This document shows, one piece after another, positions 35,931 to 45,867 of a stretch of DNA of 64,000 nucleotides. Position numbers and translations under genes: made by a program. The stretch is taken from positions 32,001-96,000 of the forward strand of contig JBGAHS010000005.1 in NCBI GenBank assembly GCA_044226015.1, written 5' to 3'. The first letter of the stretch is position 1. The number at the start of each line of letters is the position of its first letter. This stretch comes from Candidatus Obscuribacteraceae bacterium (lineage in GTDB: Bacteria > Cyanobacteriota > Vampirovibrionia > Obscuribacterales > Obscuribacteraceae). A model generated the notes under the pieces. That model made no database searches. It saw only the letters and a list, made by a program, of their open reading frames with translations, and had not been told where the DNA came from.

Positions 35931-36003
35931 CCTGAGCCAGCCGGTTGTAAAAACCGGAGCGAAAAATATTCGCCAGCTAAGACGGTTTTCGCAGAAGTTG
36001 AAT

Positions 36004-36819
36004 CTATTGTCGACTTGTGTACGAAGACTCTTTGCTCATATTCCAATCATTTCGGCTTGCATGGGTGAATACACCTTTGTCGTCAATGATTGCCGCAATC
36101 GAGCGATGATTCAGTGTACCGAGTCCAGATCTGATTGCCGACGGGAAGAAAAAAATTCTGGCTGCTCCATCTTCTGTTTTGCCCCTTTCTACAATGTTGA
36201 GGAGAGGACTAAATCCGGAATTAACATCTATAACCTTCTGGAAAACTTTTTTTAGAGTCTCGAGATCGTTTGATTTCGCTAGCTTATTTATTTCCTCGGA
36301 CCATTGCTTGATAGACTCGTCTTCGGTGGAACCAGAGAGAAATTTGTTTCCTATCTCACTTAACTGCTTTGCTGCTCTTTCTATGTCCTGAGGAGTTTTC
36401 AGCGCTTTGTCAGCACCGTCCTTCCCTGACTCACTTTTTTCTCCGTCTTTTCTTGCTGAAACGCTTTTATCTTCCGCCTTCGAAGCTAAGTCTTTGCCTG
36501 AGCCTACTCCTTCGGCAGCTTTTTCCATTCGTTTTGCTGTAGTCCGCAGCAAGCCTTCAAGTCTTTGTCTTCTTTCAGGACTCAAGGAGCGCGTAAAAGG
36601 CTCTTCCATAACTACTGACTCAGTGTGTCCAATTCGCTTCAGCAATTCCTGCTGTTCGAGTGTTTGTTTTTCCATCTTGTTCAGTATCGGTGTTGGTGAC
36701 GTATCAGCGAGCAATTTTTCGGAGGCTAGGCTTTGAAGAGAGTCGAGCTCGTTTTCGTTTTGAGTAAAATTCTCTTTGCGATTATCATCCCAGTTTTCGG
36801 AACCTGTTGTCATTGCCAA
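36004..36819 (-). CDS. hypothetical charged/helical protein
   Basis: 271 aa, GAGG upstream, K/E-rich. Confidence 0.65.
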   Translation of the reverse strand: MAMTTGSENWDDNRKENFTQNENELDSLQSLASEKLLADTSPTPILNKMEKQTLEQQELLKRIGHTESVVMEEPFTRSLSPERRQRLEGLLRTTAKRMEKAAEGVGSGKDLASKAEDKSVSARKDGEKSESGKDGADKALKTPQDIERAAKQLSEIGNKFLSGSTEDESIKQWSEEINKLAKSNDLETLKKVFQKVIDVNSGFSPLLNIVERGKTEDGAARIFFFPSAIRSGLGTLNHRSIAAIIDDKGVFTHASRNDWNMSKESSYTSRQ

Positions 36820-37016
36820 ACCTCTACCAACGCTGCGGAATTAATTAGTAAGGGAATTTAGAGCCCAGACTACTAATGCAAATAAAATATCGCAGGATAA
36901 TGGCAAAAGTGTACCGAATGAAATTAATTGGGCATTTGCTCAATTGAAAGACCGGTGAGATTGCTTCAAAATATTGGGCAATCAAGTACATAGAGCATTA
37001 ATCACTGGAGCGCTCT

Positions 37017-38366
37017 TTGCGATTATTTGAATTTCTATCAAGTTTATTTTGCTTGTATCTGGGTTGGAAACTCTATTCCACTGAATTCTCTTGGGGCAGA
37101 GTATACGTTCTTTCCGCTGTCTGTGCTTGCATCGCATTAGTTAGCCATGTTTCGATAGAGCATGCACGCTGGCAAATGGCGCCGCTATATCTTTCTCTTT
37201 TGCTATTACTTTTATGTGTAAGGTACTCTCAGCGAAACGAGACGTCCAGAAAAAGGATTGCAAGAATTCTTGTGTCTGGCTCTGTTCTTTCAATCGTTCT
37301 TGCTCTAGCTATTCCGATCGTTGAATTGCCGGCACCCACAGGTAAGTTCGCTGTGGGAACCAGATATTTCATACTTACTGATGGCAGCCGCATTGAAAAA
37401 TTAGTAGAGGGGCGAAGAAGCAGATCTATTCCAGTGCAGATATGGTACCCTTCTCAACCAGGCGTAGCTGGAGAACGGGCACCATATATGAGGTCATACC
37501 TTGATCTCAGTCCTTTTCTCAAAGCCTTTCCTTTTGCGGTTGCGGCGAGCCATCTTCCGTTGACTAAGAGTCATTCGATTGTTCGGGCTCCTCTTCCCAG
37601 CAGCGAGTCAAGCTTTCCTGTTTTGATATTTTCTCACGGCATGATGGGAGGAAGCATTCAAAATACAGTATTAGCTGAAAGGCTCGCTGCAAATGGATAC
37701 ATTGTCATTGGAATAGATCACACTTATGATTGTGCTTTTGCAAATCTGCAGAACGAAACGATTTGCTCTTTGTTCATGACTCAATTTCCACCGCCGTTTC
37801 GATTGATTGCATCTATTGGTCTGGAACAACGTATTGCAGATGAGCGCTTTGTGCTCGATCTTATTCAAAAACAGAGCAAGTCTTCGCAAATTGATGCTGA
37901 CCTTTTTAATAAAGCAGATCTAGAGCATGTCGGAGTTTACGGGCATTCTCTAGGTGGACAAACAAGCTTGCTCACAGCTGCAAGCGATTCTCGCGTAAAA
38001 GCTGTTGTCTCGCTCGATGGTGTTACTAGAAGACCAGCTGAGATTAAACAAGCCACTATGCTTCTTACTGCAGATCATGAAGGCACCGAATTTGGTGCCT
38101 TCATTCAAGAGCTAATTCCTGCGCTAAAAGGACCACGATATATCTGGCATTGTCGAAGATTTCGGCATGCTGATTTCACTGACCTTCCCTTGTTGACGCC
38201 GTTTCATTGGGTGATTGGTTTATCCGGTGCTGTTGACCCCTCGCATGCAAATGAATTGACGAACAATTATGTGCTCGCGTTCTTCAACAAGTTCTTGAAA
38301 GGAGACGCAAATACGATTCTTGATTCGTCAGCGAATCCTGATGAAATCGAAGTTCTGAAAGACTGA
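37017..38366 (+). CDS. membrane-anchored alpha/beta hydrolase (PAF-acetylhydrolase/chlorophyllase-like esterase)
   Basis: N-terminal TM segments, LPAPTGKFAVG, QIWYP, FSHG, GHSLGG nucleophile elbow, SLDG, HADFTD. Confidence 0.88.
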   Translation: MRLFEFLSSLFCLYLGWKLYSTEFSWGRVYVLSAVCACIALVSHVSIEHARWQMAPLYLSLLLLLLCVRYSQRNETSRKRIARILVSGSVLSIVLALAIPIVELPAPTGKFAVGTRYFILTDGSRIEKLVEGRRSRSIPVQIWYPSQPGVAGERAPYMRSYLDLSPFLKAFPFAVAASHLPLTKSHSIVRAPLPSSESSFPVLIFSHGMMGGSIQNTVLAERLAANGYIVIGIDHTYDCAFANLQNETICSLFMTQFPPPFRLIASIGLEQRIADERFVLDLIQKQSKSSQIDADLFNKADLEHVGVYGHSLGGQTSLLTAASDSRVKAVVSLDGVTRRPAEIKQATMLLTADHEGTEFGAFIQELIPALKGPRYIWHCRRFRHADFTDLPLLTPFHWVIGLSGAVDPSHANELTNNYVLAFFNKFLKGDANTILDSSANPDEIEVLKD

Positions 38367-38400
38367 CGCGGTTGATGTACTTTTTAGCACTTCTAGCAAT

Positions 38401-39432
38401 TTAAAATTTGAGCAAGTCCTGGATAGGACCCTCTGCTGTTTGCGTGTATTTGAGTGCTTTTTGCAGTCCCAGAATGTCTGTTACCGTTGTTCTTATGTTT
38501 CCGCAAAGTGAATCGAGCGGTAAGTCATCGAGATCTTTCCCGAATGGTTCTTCGATTTCTTCTGCGATGAGTTCGAGCCCAACCAGGAAGTAGGAACCAA
38601 TCAAAATCATCGGCAAGCCTAGAAGTAAGGAAAACTCTGTTGCTAAAAGCCAGGGGCAGACGATGAGGTTGAGTACGATTCCCTGACGCATGAAAGCTCT
38701 GTAGGAAACTGCCATCTGACTGGTTTTGATACGTTCGCACTCGCCACAAACTTCGACCAGATTTTTCAAATATTCATCGACTAGTGATTCTACTGTATGT
38801 TCATCAATGTACTTATCGCGGTGCCATTGATTTATAAGCATGAAGATCCTATCAGCGACATGCATTGGCAGGTTAGCGACTCTGTTGGAGGTTCGTTCAA
38901 GTCCAGGAAGAGCTTCGCTGGGTGTTGTTTCTCTTAGATGATGTTTGAGCGCATAGGCAAATGAAATTATGTACTGTCCCAACTTCATTCGCTCTAACTC
39001 TGGAACCCCAGGCAGCGAGCGCAGCTTGAAGCAGAAAGAGCGGGAATGGTTCATCAGCTGTCCCCATAGTTTGCGCCCTTCCAACCAGCTTTCATACGCT
39101 GTTTCTGTACGGAAGACTAGCAGAACGCCGAGAACGATGCTGCTGAACGCAACTGAGCCAGATTCCTTGGCGAGGGTATGTACCAGATCTTTGTCGATGA
39201 AAATGTCGACAAGATAGGTATAAATCGCCATGAAGAAGAGGTAGAGCCATACTCGCTTGAACACCGGAACTTTGTGAAATCTGGTAAACGCACGAATCCA
39301 ATCACCAGCCTGAGCATCTCTTATGCCAGATTGCTTCAAGCCCTCGATTATAGGGCTGGCTTTGCTTGTGTTTTGATTGTCCTGATTGTTTTCCAAAATA
39401 AAGTACCGGCGGGCAAGAGTCGCGCATGTCAA
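38401..39432 (-). CDS. bestrophin-family ion channel
   Basis: LLVFRTETAYESWLEGRKLWG, CERIKT, EEIEEPFGKDLDDLPLD; true start probably a few codons downstream. Confidence 0.92.
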   Translation of the reverse strand: MTCATLARRYFILENNQDNQNTSKASPIIEGLKQSGIRDAQAGDWIRAFTRFHKVPVFKRVWLYLFFMAIYTYLVDIFIDKDLVHTLAKESGSVAFSSIVLGVLLVFRTETAYESWLEGRKLWGQLMNHSRSFCFKLRSLPGVPELERMKLGQYIISFAYALKHHLRETTPSEALPGLERTSNRVANLPMHVADRIFMLINQWHRDKYIDEHTVESLVDEYLKNLVEVCGECERIKTSQMAVSYRAFMRQGIVLNLIVCPWLLATEFSLLLGLPMILIGSYFLVGLELIAEEIEEPFGKDLDDLPLDSLCGNIRTTVTDILGLQKALKYTQTAEGPIQDLLKF

Positions 39433-39575
39433 GGAATTATAGCAGGCTAAGCTTCTATTTCAGCTTCCATGTTGTGTGCTCAGCGTTGCTCGTTTACAGA
39501 GATTCAACGTGAATTAATCGGAAAGGGCAGCTGCCCAAAGCTTCTGGGTTTTGATATTGTAATGAAATCATTTGA

Positions 39576-40433
39576 ATGGGAACAATGAAACACAAATTCA
39601 TCCTTGTCAATATATCTGTGATGGCGATGGCAGCGACAGTGTGCGTCGGCTCTGTTCACGCTCAGAAGCATAAGTCGAATCCGATGAAGCGACTGTATGC
39701 TGCACCGCTAGTGCCAAAGGAAGATGATACCTACAAAGTTCTTTTGACAGGTGAGGTTAAGCATGCCGATAGCCTTCCTGCTTTGAAGAGTGAGTTCTTG
39801 ATTGGCTCTGAATATGATGAGGCAAAAGTTGAGAAGCCTCCAGCAACTAAAGATTGGTATCAAGTCCCAAGATGGTTGGCGGGTAAATGGGAGAGCATAG
39901 TTCAGTATGAAGTAAACGTTGATGCTGATGGGAAACGCCACAGAGGCTGGGCAATACCGAGTCACGGCGTGGCTGATTACGGAAAGCAAGCAGATAATTC
40001 TTCTGCCGTTTGGGATTTTGTTGAGGTGCCAACGAAAGTCAAATCTGAAACTGCTACTTCCATAAATTATGATTTGACCACAAAGCAGACTATATTGAAG
40101 AATCAACCAGACTTGCTAGTAATAAAAGATGTATTCTCGCGAAGAAAAGTAGACAAAGCTTCTGGGAAAATTTTGCAAGTTTCGCAGATGGAGCAAATTA
40201 GCAGCATAGCACCACATGGGAAAAATGAAATTGAACTTCTGGGTTCACTCAAGGAGTTCGACGCAAAAGGGCATACCATCGGTATTACCAATGCTCTGCT
40301 CGTGTACAAAAGAATTGAGAAATTCAAGCCTTCGAATTTTGGAAAGAAGAAAGAAGACTTACAAGCTTCGTTTGATTGGTACTTAAAGACTCACAATAAA
40401 ACCGCACTCATTCCTGAGCGTGAGAAGAAATAG
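39576..40433 (+). CDS. secreted hypothetical protein
   Basis: signal peptide ending VHA; 285 aa; LTGEVKH and WYQVPRWLAGKW segments. Confidence 0.7.
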   Translation: MGTMKHKFILVNISVMAMAATVCVGSVHAQKHKSNPMKRLYAAPLVPKEDDTYKVLLTGEVKHADSLPALKSEFLIGSEYDEAKVEKPPATKDWYQVPRWLAGKWESIVQYEVNVDADGKRHRGWAIPSHGVADYGKQADNSSAVWDFVEVPTKVKSETATSINYDLTTKQTILKNQPDLLVIKDVFSRRKVDKASGKILQVSQMEQISSIAPHGKNEIELLGSLKEFDAKGHTIGITNALLVYKRIEKFKPSNFGKKKEDLQASFDWYLKTHNKTALIPEREKK

Positions 40434-40518
40434 GGCACCAGCAGCGGTGCAAGATTCCGAGTCCAAGATTCAGAGGTCCAAATTGTAGCTGTGCAAGTTT
40501 CAGCGCACAAGTTTTGGC

Positions 40519-41460
40519 TTACATTGCGCGAACTACACTAATCAGCAAAAAGATTGCAATCATTATTAGTCCTGCGCCAAGTGTCAGCAATGTGGAAAAA
40601 GCAAATCCCAATGTGAACAAGATTGGACCCAGATGTCTGGCCCTTTCTCCCCACCATGCTCTTGCTGTGAGTTCGCAAATCCACCCGGCACTGTAGCAAA
40701 TATTGGCTAAAATTCCGTATTCAATTGTTCCTGAGATAGCAAAACCCAGATCAGCAAGCCCCGTAAGATAAACGATGGCGAGTGTGGGAAGTCCACAAAG
40801 CCCTACTGCCAGATTGAAGACAAAACGGCGACTTTCCCACCAGGTGACTATTGAAGCCGCGCCCCTGGGTTCCTCTGGCACTGTTGTGAGACTCGAAAAA
40901 ATTGTCTTAAATAATCTGACAAACCCATGTTCAGATGGTCCCAGGAGGTTGAGGAAATTTTGCAGCTGCTCTGGAGAAGACTGCTCCAGAAGATGAAAAA
41001 ACTCATCAGAGGGCAATTCCTTCAGAATTTTGTGCGCGGACATTCTGTCTTTTGGAATGAGTGATTTCTGTTCTCTGGCAACATTATCGACAAAATGAAT
41101 CGCCTGATTGCTGGCTATTTCAATGTTACATTCCTGTCTCAAGCGTTCGATAACTGAGCTGCTCTCAGTTTGATTTCCGCTCCTGGGTAAATGAAAGTTT
41201 TGCTCGAGAGGCTCATGGGTCATTAGAGTTAGAAGCTCATCACAGCTGGCTTCTAAATCAACGGCGTGCAATCTTTCTTTCAGCGGCTGCTTTTTTGAGT
41301 TCGTTTCAGCATCGGCAAGCGCAAGACTCGATTCAGGGTTGTCTTCATCACCAGGCTTGCCCTCAACTATCCGAACTTCGACATCGCTGAGTTCTTTTTC
41401 ACTGCTTTTCACGCTGGTGGAATCGTCTTTCAGGAGAGCCTCCCCCTTGCTTTCTTTCAC
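40519..41460 (-). CDS. hypothetical membrane protein (acidic N-terminus, ~3 C-terminal TMs)
   Basis: WWESRRFVFNLAVG, ANICYSAGW, LFTLGFAFSTLLTL. Confidence 0.7.
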   Translation of the reverse strand: MKESKGEALLKDDSTSVKSSEKELSDVEVRIVEGKPGDEDNPESSLALADAETNSKKQPLKERLHAVDLEASCDELLTLMTHEPLEQNFHLPRSGNQTESSSVIERLRQECNIEIASNQAIHFVDNVAREQKSLIPKDRMSAHKILKELPSDEFFHLLEQSSPEQLQNFLNLLGPSEHGFVRLFKTIFSSLTTVPEEPRGAASIVTWWESRRFVFNLAVGLCGLPTLAIVYLTGLADLGFAISGTIEYGILANICYSAGWICELTARAWWGERARHLGPILFTLGFAFSTLLTLGAGLIMIAIFLLISVVRAM

Positions 41461-41503
41461 TATAGCACGGGATAAATAGGCACAGTTCCACTCACTGGTC
41501 TTC

Positions 41504-42220
41504 TCAGAGAAAGAGTCCCAGTGTGTTCTTGTAATTAAGGCTTAAGTCAGGATTGTTTTTGTAGATTTCGTCCATCTGAACTACGAAATCGTCCGGGTAA
41601 ACGTCTGCATCGAAAATCTGGTCATACATGTAGACCGCAAAATTTGGATATTTCACCCACAAGTTCAATTGACCCCAGAATGTAGTGTCATTTTCCATGT
41701 CGCCTTTCATTTCAGCGCCGAGAATTGGATATTCGCCGTGCGAATCGGGCTGCCCTACGTACATATAGTGTGTCTGGTTGCCGACGTTAGGAAGTTTGAA
41801 CAGCTTTCCGCTCAGCTCAAGCTGCAAATATCCCCGAGGTGAGCTAACAGGATCTACCCAACCTGCTTCCGGGCGACCAGAAACGAGAGTCAGCTCTTCA
41901 ACAGGCTTCCATGCCAAATCTTCAATCATGTGTTGAATTTCGGTATCGAGATCAATTGGCTCCCACTCATTAGGCGTGGTTGCGCCGATCGGACCTGTGT
42001 GGTCGAACATGCCCCAGTCATTGCACATTGAATAAAAGGTGCAATCATAAGCCAAATATCGCAGGAGTGTCGGCGGCGGCTTCTTGCCGTCCAGCCTCAG
42101 CAAGTCAAGCGCTGTCTGAGACATCGGCTTTGCTTCGTCTGTATTCATCCGAGTGCTCAACTCTTCAATGCACGCATCGACGAGGGAAAGAGGCAACATC
42201 TTCACTGGATTGAACTTCAT
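41504..42220 (-). CDS. hypothetical acidic protein, possibly SMI1/KNR4 (SUKH)-like
   Basis: 238 aa, AGGAG RBS; PPTLLRYL, GQPDSHGEYPIL, YPNFAVYM loosely resemble SUKH-fold proteins. Confidence 0.5.
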   Translation of the reverse strand: MKFNPVKMLPLSLVDACIEELSTRMNTDEAKPMSQTALDLLRLDGKKPPPTLLRYLAYDCTFYSMCNDWGMFDHTGPIGATTPNEWEPIDLDTEIQHMIEDLAWKPVEELTLVSGRPEAGWVDPVSSPRGYLQLELSGKLFKLPNVGNQTHYMYVGQPDSHGEYPILGAEMKGDMENDTTFWGQLNLWVKYPNFAVYMYDQIFDADVYPDDFVVQMDEIYKNNPDLSLNYKNTLGLFL

Positions 42221-42560
42221 GAGCCTGGACTGTATCTCCTCTGGAGCCTGGAACTAGTGCTTTGCAACAAACGCATTTTTATCAAGTCTATGCGTTCAAT
42301 TCTTTATGCCACAAGGCTGCGAGCTCCATGCATTATTTCAGATAGCTTTGAAATAAACCTACAAAGTTATATGTTATAAGCATTCGCAGAATTTTTCATG
42401 CATTATCTCTCGAATAGTTTTCGTTCTGACACAGAGCGTAAATGCCAAGCGATGGACTTTTGTTCACGATGCTATTATGCAAGGCGCGGAAAGGTCCGCC
42501 GGTTAAATCTTGGCGCTACCGGCTGGAATCTGAGGATAGGCTTTCTAACAGGTAATTCAT

Positions 42561-43094
42561 ATGCTGCAAAGAATCAGAAGAGTGGTCACTGGTCATAATG
42601 CCGACGGAAAATCGATCATAGTCAGCGATGATGTCTCGCCTCACGCTGTTGCGGTGATGGATGAGCCGGCCTATGGTTTGACCAATTTATGGATATCATC
42701 TTCTACTCCCGCTGATAATGTGACTCCAGGGGATGCTGCAGATAGGAAAATTGTGCTGGAACCGCCCAAGGGTGGGTCAATTTTTAGAGTGGTGGAGTTT
42801 CCTCCTGATAAATCTATGATTGGGAAACTGAATCCAAAAGCCGTCTTTGAGGCTTTGGACGCAGCTTCAACATTGGATACTAACAATCCGCGCCACCCTG
42901 CAATGCACAAAACAAGCACACTGGACTATGCAATTATTTTGTCCGGTGAAATCTATGCCATGATGGATGAAGGTGAAACTCTCATGAAGGCTGGCGATTG
43001 CCTTGTTCAACGGGGTACCAATCATGCCTGGAGTAACAGGAGTGACAAATCCTGTTTGATAGCATTCATATTGATTGACGCTGAGCAAGTATAA
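42561..43094 (+). CDS. cupin-domain protein
   Basis: RRVVTGHNADGKS, MHKTSTLDYAIILSGEI, GDCLVQRGTNHAWSN. Confidence 0.92.
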   Translation: MLQRIRRVVTGHNADGKSIIVSDDVSPHAVAVMDEPAYGLTNLWISSSTPADNVTPGDAADRKIVLEPPKGGSIFRVVEFPPDKSMIGKLNPKAVFEALDAASTLDTNNPRHPAMHKTSTLDYAIILSGEIYAMMDEGETLMKAGDCLVQRGTNHAWSNRSDKSCLIAFILIDAEQV

Positions 43095-43139
43095 GCAGAG
43101 CTCGAAAGATTCGAGTAGCTATATCAGCAGCGCTTGAAT

Positions 43140-45302
43140 CTAAGCTAATTCAACTTCCACAAGTGCATCGTAGAAAGTAGCTGCAGCACCGAAATCAGTC
43201 AGCGCTTGTGAGGTGACATCATTAGCATTACAGCCGTCTCGTGTAAGCTTTTTCCACCAAATGGAGAGTGCCACCACGACGCCATTTCTTGCTTTACGCG
43301 TGACTCTGGCGCGAGCGCTAAATCTTCCGCGCTCATTGAAAATACTTACCATGTCACCGTCCTTGATACCGCGGACTCCAGCATCGTCCGGATGAATATC
43401 GAGATAAGGTTCTTTTGCAAGTTTGAGAAAGCTGGGAAGATTTGCAAAACTCGAATTCAAAAAATTATGTGCTGGTGGCGAGATTACTTGCAGTGGATAT
43501 TTTTTTGCTAGTTCGGGCGCCGTCTGTTGAGACTCGATGGGCGCAATGTAGTCTGGCAATGGGTCGAGTCCTTGCTTTTGTAGCGTCTCGCTGTAGAACT
43601 CACATTTCCCTGATTTTGTTGGAAAATTTCCTTGCGCAAATGGTGCGTAGGTTGATGGAACGTTAAGTCTCATCCAGCCATTTTTTTTCAAGTCTGCGAG
43701 ATTTACATCCTTCATTTTGCGGTCGCTAAAGTCAAAGGCTTGCGCCGCTATTTCCTCATCGCTGTCGTTGAAGCAAGCCTCAGTGAAGCCCATTTTTCGA
43801 GCTAGCAAGCGAAAGACTTCCGTATTCGGTTTCGCTTCTCCCAATGGAGCTATCGCTGGGTTGTTCGCCATCACGTAGAGGTGTCCGTACGATTTGTGAA
43901 TGTCGAACTGCTCTAATTGTGTTGTTGCTGGAAGCAGAATGTCGGCGTAGTCGGCTGTGTCTGTCTGAAAAATCTCATGCACTACTGTGAAGAGATCTTC
44001 CCGCTTAAAACCATCTATCACTTTTTTAGAATCAGGAGCTACTGCCACAGGGTTAGAATCAAAAACAAAAATCGCTTTGACTGGCGGGGCTAAATCAGAC
44101 AGTTCTTGTACGACTCTTGTGCCATTTCCATCTTGAAAATTCAATTTGCTCTGGCGTTGCTTGCCGAGCAACGCATCACCAATCGCCGACATGTTGATTG
44201 TTCGGGGATTATTCCAAATAAGTTCGGGGCGCTGAAGTGCAGCATTATCTATTGGGAAAGTTCCCGAACTTGATAAAAGCATTCCGCCGGCAGCATCTCT
44301 CCACGAACCTATGAGAGCAGGTAGGCAGGCTACTGTTCTGACCGCCATGCCTCCGCCTGCGTGTCGCTGCATTCCATAATTGAGCCTGATCACTGCAGGC
44401 TTTGTGTTTGCGTATTCTCTGCTCAGATTGATAATTTCTTCAACGCTAAGTCCTGTAATTTGCGCTGCTCGCTCTGGCGTCCAATTTGAAACACGTTCTT
44501 TAAGCTCTTCATAGCCTACTGTGTATTTTGAAATGTAGTCATAATCGATTAGCTGTTCTTTGATAATCACATGCATCATTGCCAGAGCTAGGGCGCCATC
44601 TGTGCCCGGAAGAAGAGCAAGATGCTGATCACACTTTTCCGCTGAGAGTGAGCGATAAGGATCTATGGCGATCAACTTAGCACCATTTCGTTGTGCATGA
44701 AGGATTTTCGGCCAGAGATGAACGTTAGATGTTATGGGGTTGGAACCCCAGATCAAAATAAGCTTTGAGTTAGTGAATTGTTCCATATCAGTGCCGATGG
44801 AGGCACCAATAGTGATGCGATATCCGGTGGCACCTGCAGTGGCGCAAATTGTTCGATCAAGGAGTGATGCACCAAGTTTATGAAAAAAACGATGGTCCAT
44901 AGATGACCCTTGCACAAGACCCATTGTTCCAGCATAACTGTATGGCAAAATGGCTTGGGGACCGAATTCAGTAATTATCGAGTGAAATTTGTTTGCAATA
45001 ATATCGATGGCTTCGTCCCAGGAGATCCTCTCAAAACGTCCCTCGCCTTTCTTTCCAATGGACTTCATTGGATAGAGAATGCGATCATCACTATATGTTC
45101 TTTCTAAATATCGATTGACTTTGGTGCATAAAAAGCCGCAGGTCGTTGGGTGCTCTTCTGCTCCGCGAATAGCTACTGCAACTCCTTTTTCAACTATAGT
45201 CTCAAGTGCGCAAGTGTCTGGGCAATCATGTGGGCAAGCTCCACGGACAATTGTTCTGTCTGGAGATTCAGTTGCTTGGCTTAATGTCTCATCGTTCATC
45301 AT
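43140..45302 (-). CDS. molybdopterin-dependent oxidoreductase (DMSO-reductase superfamily, single chain with N-terminal Fe-S motif)
   Basis: CPHDCPDTC...C, ISWDEA, IDPYRS, PGTDGAL, TDTADYADILLPA, IHPDDA. Confidence 0.93.
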   Translation of the reverse strand: MMNDETLSQATESPDRTIVRGACPHDCPDTCALETIVEKGVAVAIRGAEEHPTTCGFLCTKVNRYLERTYSDDRILYPMKSIGKKGEGRFERISWDEAIDIIANKFHSIITEFGPQAILPYSYAGTMGLVQGSSMDHRFFHKLGASLLDRTICATAGATGYRITIGASIGTDMEQFTNSKLILIWGSNPITSNVHLWPKILHAQRNGAKLIAIDPYRSLSAEKCDQHLALLPGTDGALALAMMHVIIKEQLIDYDYISKYTVGYEELKERVSNWTPERAAQITGLSVEEIINLSREYANTKPAVIRLNYGMQRHAGGGMAVRTVACLPALIGSWRDAAGGMLLSSSGTFPIDNAALQRPELIWNNPRTINMSAIGDALLGKQRQSKLNFQDGNGTRVVQELSDLAPPVKAIFVFDSNPVAVAPDSKKVIDGFKREDLFTVVHEIFQTDTADYADILLPATTQLEQFDIHKSYGHLYVMANNPAIAPLGEAKPNTEVFRLLARKMGFTEACFNDSDEEIAAQAFDFSDRKMKDVNLADLKKNGWMRLNVPSTYAPFAQGNFPTKSGKCEFYSETLQKQGLDPLPDYIAPIESQQTAPELAKKYPLQVISPPAHNFLNSSFANLPSFLKLAKEPYLDIHPDDAGVRGIKDGDMVSIFNERGRFSARARVTRKARNGVVVALSIWWKKLTRDGCNANDVTSQALTDFGAAATFYDALVEVELA

Positions 45303-45351
45303 TTTGTCTTCACCTGTTTACTTAGGATATCAGACTGAGAGCTGTGACACA

Positions 45352-45399
45352 AAATGAAGAGCCCCTGACCTTATATTGGTAGTCAGGGGCTCTTCATTT
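45352..45399 (-). terminator. 18-bp perfect hairpin, probable terminator of 45421-45762
   Basis: AAATGAAGAGCCCCTGAC, 12-nt loop, GTCAGGGGCTCTTCATTT. Confidence 0.75.
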
Positions 45400-45420
45400 G
45401 CCGTATTATCGCGCCGAATA

Positions 45421-45762
45421 TTAGTCGCTGTAGACGTTGTTCATACGATCACGATAGATTTTAACGCTGAGTTCAGTCATGTCGTCGTGCAGAGCTTTTG
45501 TATCTGGAACGCTTAGCTTGCCGCCGTTTTTGTCTTTCATCTTTTCCATTTTTGATTTCAAAGAATCAACGCTCTTCTTCAGTGCATCGACTTGCTTTGT
45601 TGTCAATTCATTGGCAGATCTGCCTTCATCAATTTCTTTGGACAATTTTTCGATGCGCTCAGTAACTGTCCACTTTTTAGCTTCTGCTGATTGTGGTGTG
45701 AAGTAGGCTCCGGCAAAGAGAAATGCACTCATCATTAGCGTTACCATTACTCTCTGTGTCAT
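45421..45762 (-). CDS. small secreted helical protein
   Basis: GGAGG RBS, signal peptide ending AEA, 113 aa. Confidence 0.75.
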   Translation of the reverse strand: MTQRVMVTLMMSAFLFAGAYFTPQSAEAKKWTVTERIEKLSKEIDEGRSANELTTKQVDALKKSVDSLKSKMEKMKDKNGGKLSVPDTKALHDDMTELSVKIYRDRMNNVYSD

Positions 45763-45867
45763 AGTTTAACCTCCGTAATAAGTCTGACCACACAAAGTAT
45801 AACAGTCGTTTGTGTGAGAGGTGCAGCCTTAATGCAGCAGGATCTTTATGATTCCTGGAATTGATTT

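Noticed and set aside
35915..35935. tmRNA/tRNA-like 3' end (CAGCCCCACC)
   Set aside because: No T-arm GTTCRA before it and no matching GGGGCTG 5' end on the same strand
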